A DNA stretch of 64,000 bases from an uncultured delta proteobacterium. GTDB lineage: Bacteria; Myxococcota_A; Polyangia; Polyangiales; Polyangiaceae. How positions within the stretch are numbered: position 1 is the stretch's first letter; every line of letters starts with the position of its first letter. The translations under genes were made by a program, and so were the position numbers. Positions 62,968 through 64,000 of this stretch are shown piece after piece. The notes under the pieces are model-generated. The model did not search any database, was not told the DNA's origin, and worked only from the letters and a program-made list of their open reading frames with translations. The stretch covers positions 768,001 to 832,000 of the forward strand of contig CAWKKR010000001.1 in NCBI GenBank assembly GCA_963850305.1. Direction: 5' to 3'.

Positions 62968-63789
62968 GTGAGTCGCCGGTCCGACCTGTGCGACTCTCGG
63001 GCGGCAATGCCGCCACTCGAGCGACTCCAGCGAGCGGGGTTCATCATACTCTGCGCATCGGCGTCGAGCGGCTGTCGGAAGCCGACCTCCGAGGCGCCCC
63101 CGCCGCCGAAGGTCGCGGCCGCCGCGGATCTGGCGCTCGCCTTCGGGGAAGCGGGCGACGCCTTCGCTCGGGAGTCCGGGACGAAGCCTGTCTTCACCTT
63201 CGGCTCGACGGGGCTCCTGGCGAAACAACTGGAGCAAGGTGCTCCGTTCGATCTCTTCGCCGCCGCGAACGTCGCTTACGCAGACGAGGCTGTGAAGAGC
63301 GGCGCGTGCGACGCGACGACGAAGGCGCTCTACGGGCGCGGTCGCGTCGTGCTCTGGTCGAGAAGCGGCCTCACGACGGCACCGCCCCGATCCGTGGCGG
63401 ATCTCGCCGACCCGCGCTTCGAGCGCATCGCCATCGCGAATCCCGAGCACGCGCCCTACGGACGCGCGGCGCAGCAAGCTCTGGAGCACGCCGGAGTTTG
63501 GGCCACCGTGAAGCCCCGGGTCGTCTTTGGTGAGAACGTCCAGCAAACGTACGAGTTTGCGGAGACGGGCAACGCGGACGTCGCGATCGTCGCGCTCTCG
63601 CTCGCCATCGGGGCGAAGAGCGGCGTGACGGTCCCGATCGACGACGCCCTTTACGCACCGATCGACCAGGCCATGGTCGTGTGCACCCACGGCAAGAACC
63701 CGAGCGGTGGCAAGAGCTTCGCAGCGTTCGTGAATAGCCCGCCGGGGAGGGCCATCATGGACCGCTACGGGTTCCGGCTTTCCAGGTAG
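62968..63789 (+). CDS. modA: Molybdate ABC transporter substrate-binding lipoprotein
   Basis: AAAADL, FGSTG.L..Q...GAPFDLF, IANPEHAPYG and GENV motifs. Confidence 0.92.
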   Translation: MSRRSDLCDSRAAMPPLERLQRAGFIILCASASSGCRKPTSEAPPPPKVAAAADLALAFGEAGDAFARESGTKPVFTFGSTGLLAKQLEQGAPFDLFAAANVAYADEAVKSGACDATTKALYGRGRVVLWSRSGLTTAPPRSVADLADPRFERIAIANPEHAPYGRAAQQALEHAGVWATVKPRVVFGENVQQTYEFAETGNADVAIVALSLAIGAKSGVTVPIDDALYAPIDQAMVVCTHGKNPSGGKSFAAFVNSPPGRAIMDRYGFRLSR

Positions 63790-63840
63790 TCCTTATCGTG
63801 CCCTTGCTCTAATGTAGGCGCGCGTGTCTCCGGCGACGCC

Positions 63841-64000
63841 ATGAGCGCAGCCCATTTTGCTCCGCTCGTCTTGAGCTTCGAGGTAGCGGGTATCGCCGTC
63901 GTCATCGCAGCGATCCTCGGCATCGGCATCGCCGCGTTGCTTGCGGGCCGAAAGCTCCCCGGAGGCGATCTCATCGACGGCCTGGTCACCGCGCCCATGG
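63841..64000 (+). CDS. modB: Molybdate ABC permease, partial
   Basis: MSAAHFAPLVLSFEVA...LIDGLVTAPM lies downstream of modA and runs off the right edge. Confidence 0.8.
   Translation, partial: MSAAHFAPLVLSFEVAGIAVVIAAILGIGIAALLAGRKLPGGDLIDGLVTAPM

Noticed and set aside
1..64000. Numerous long antisense and alternate-frame Arg/Ala/Pro-rich ORFs; prophage or IS elements
   Set aside because: The shadow ORFs are expected in high-GC DNA and overlap better-supported genes. No integrase, transposase, terminase or other recognisable phage gene was found.

Overview
This is a GC-rich bacterial chromosomal window. Its gene content (PEGA/TPR proteins, Cys-rich lipoproteins, a Ser/Thr kinase, FHA proteins, a giant TPR protein) points to a myxobacterium, probably Polyangiaceae-like; that assignment is inference. 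It holds about 50 CDSs. Housekeeping genes include thrC, hisC, rplC, rplS, rlmE, rfbA, modAB and RegB/RegA. Lipid and acyl-CoA enzymes and ABC transporters are also present. At least seven genes are broken by single-base frameshifts, most likely long-read consensus errors. No rRNA, tRNA, CRISPR array, integrase or transposase was seen. The most unusual stretch is 24.1-26.7 kb. It contains, in order: two 119-bp structured repeats, a palindrome, a perfect 8.5-copy array of an 11-bp unit, a small basic gene of uncharacterised family, a palindrome built from the same repeat core, and a PlpX/splicease-like radical SAM/SPASM gene coupled to a zinc-ribbon lipoprotein-like precursor. Other oddities are a covarying GC-TTC-GC hairpin family, a probable CTG start for rlmE, rplC and rplS outside their usual operons, and a RegA-type box upstream of a YtkA-like gene. 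All family assignments come from motif recognition, not database searches.
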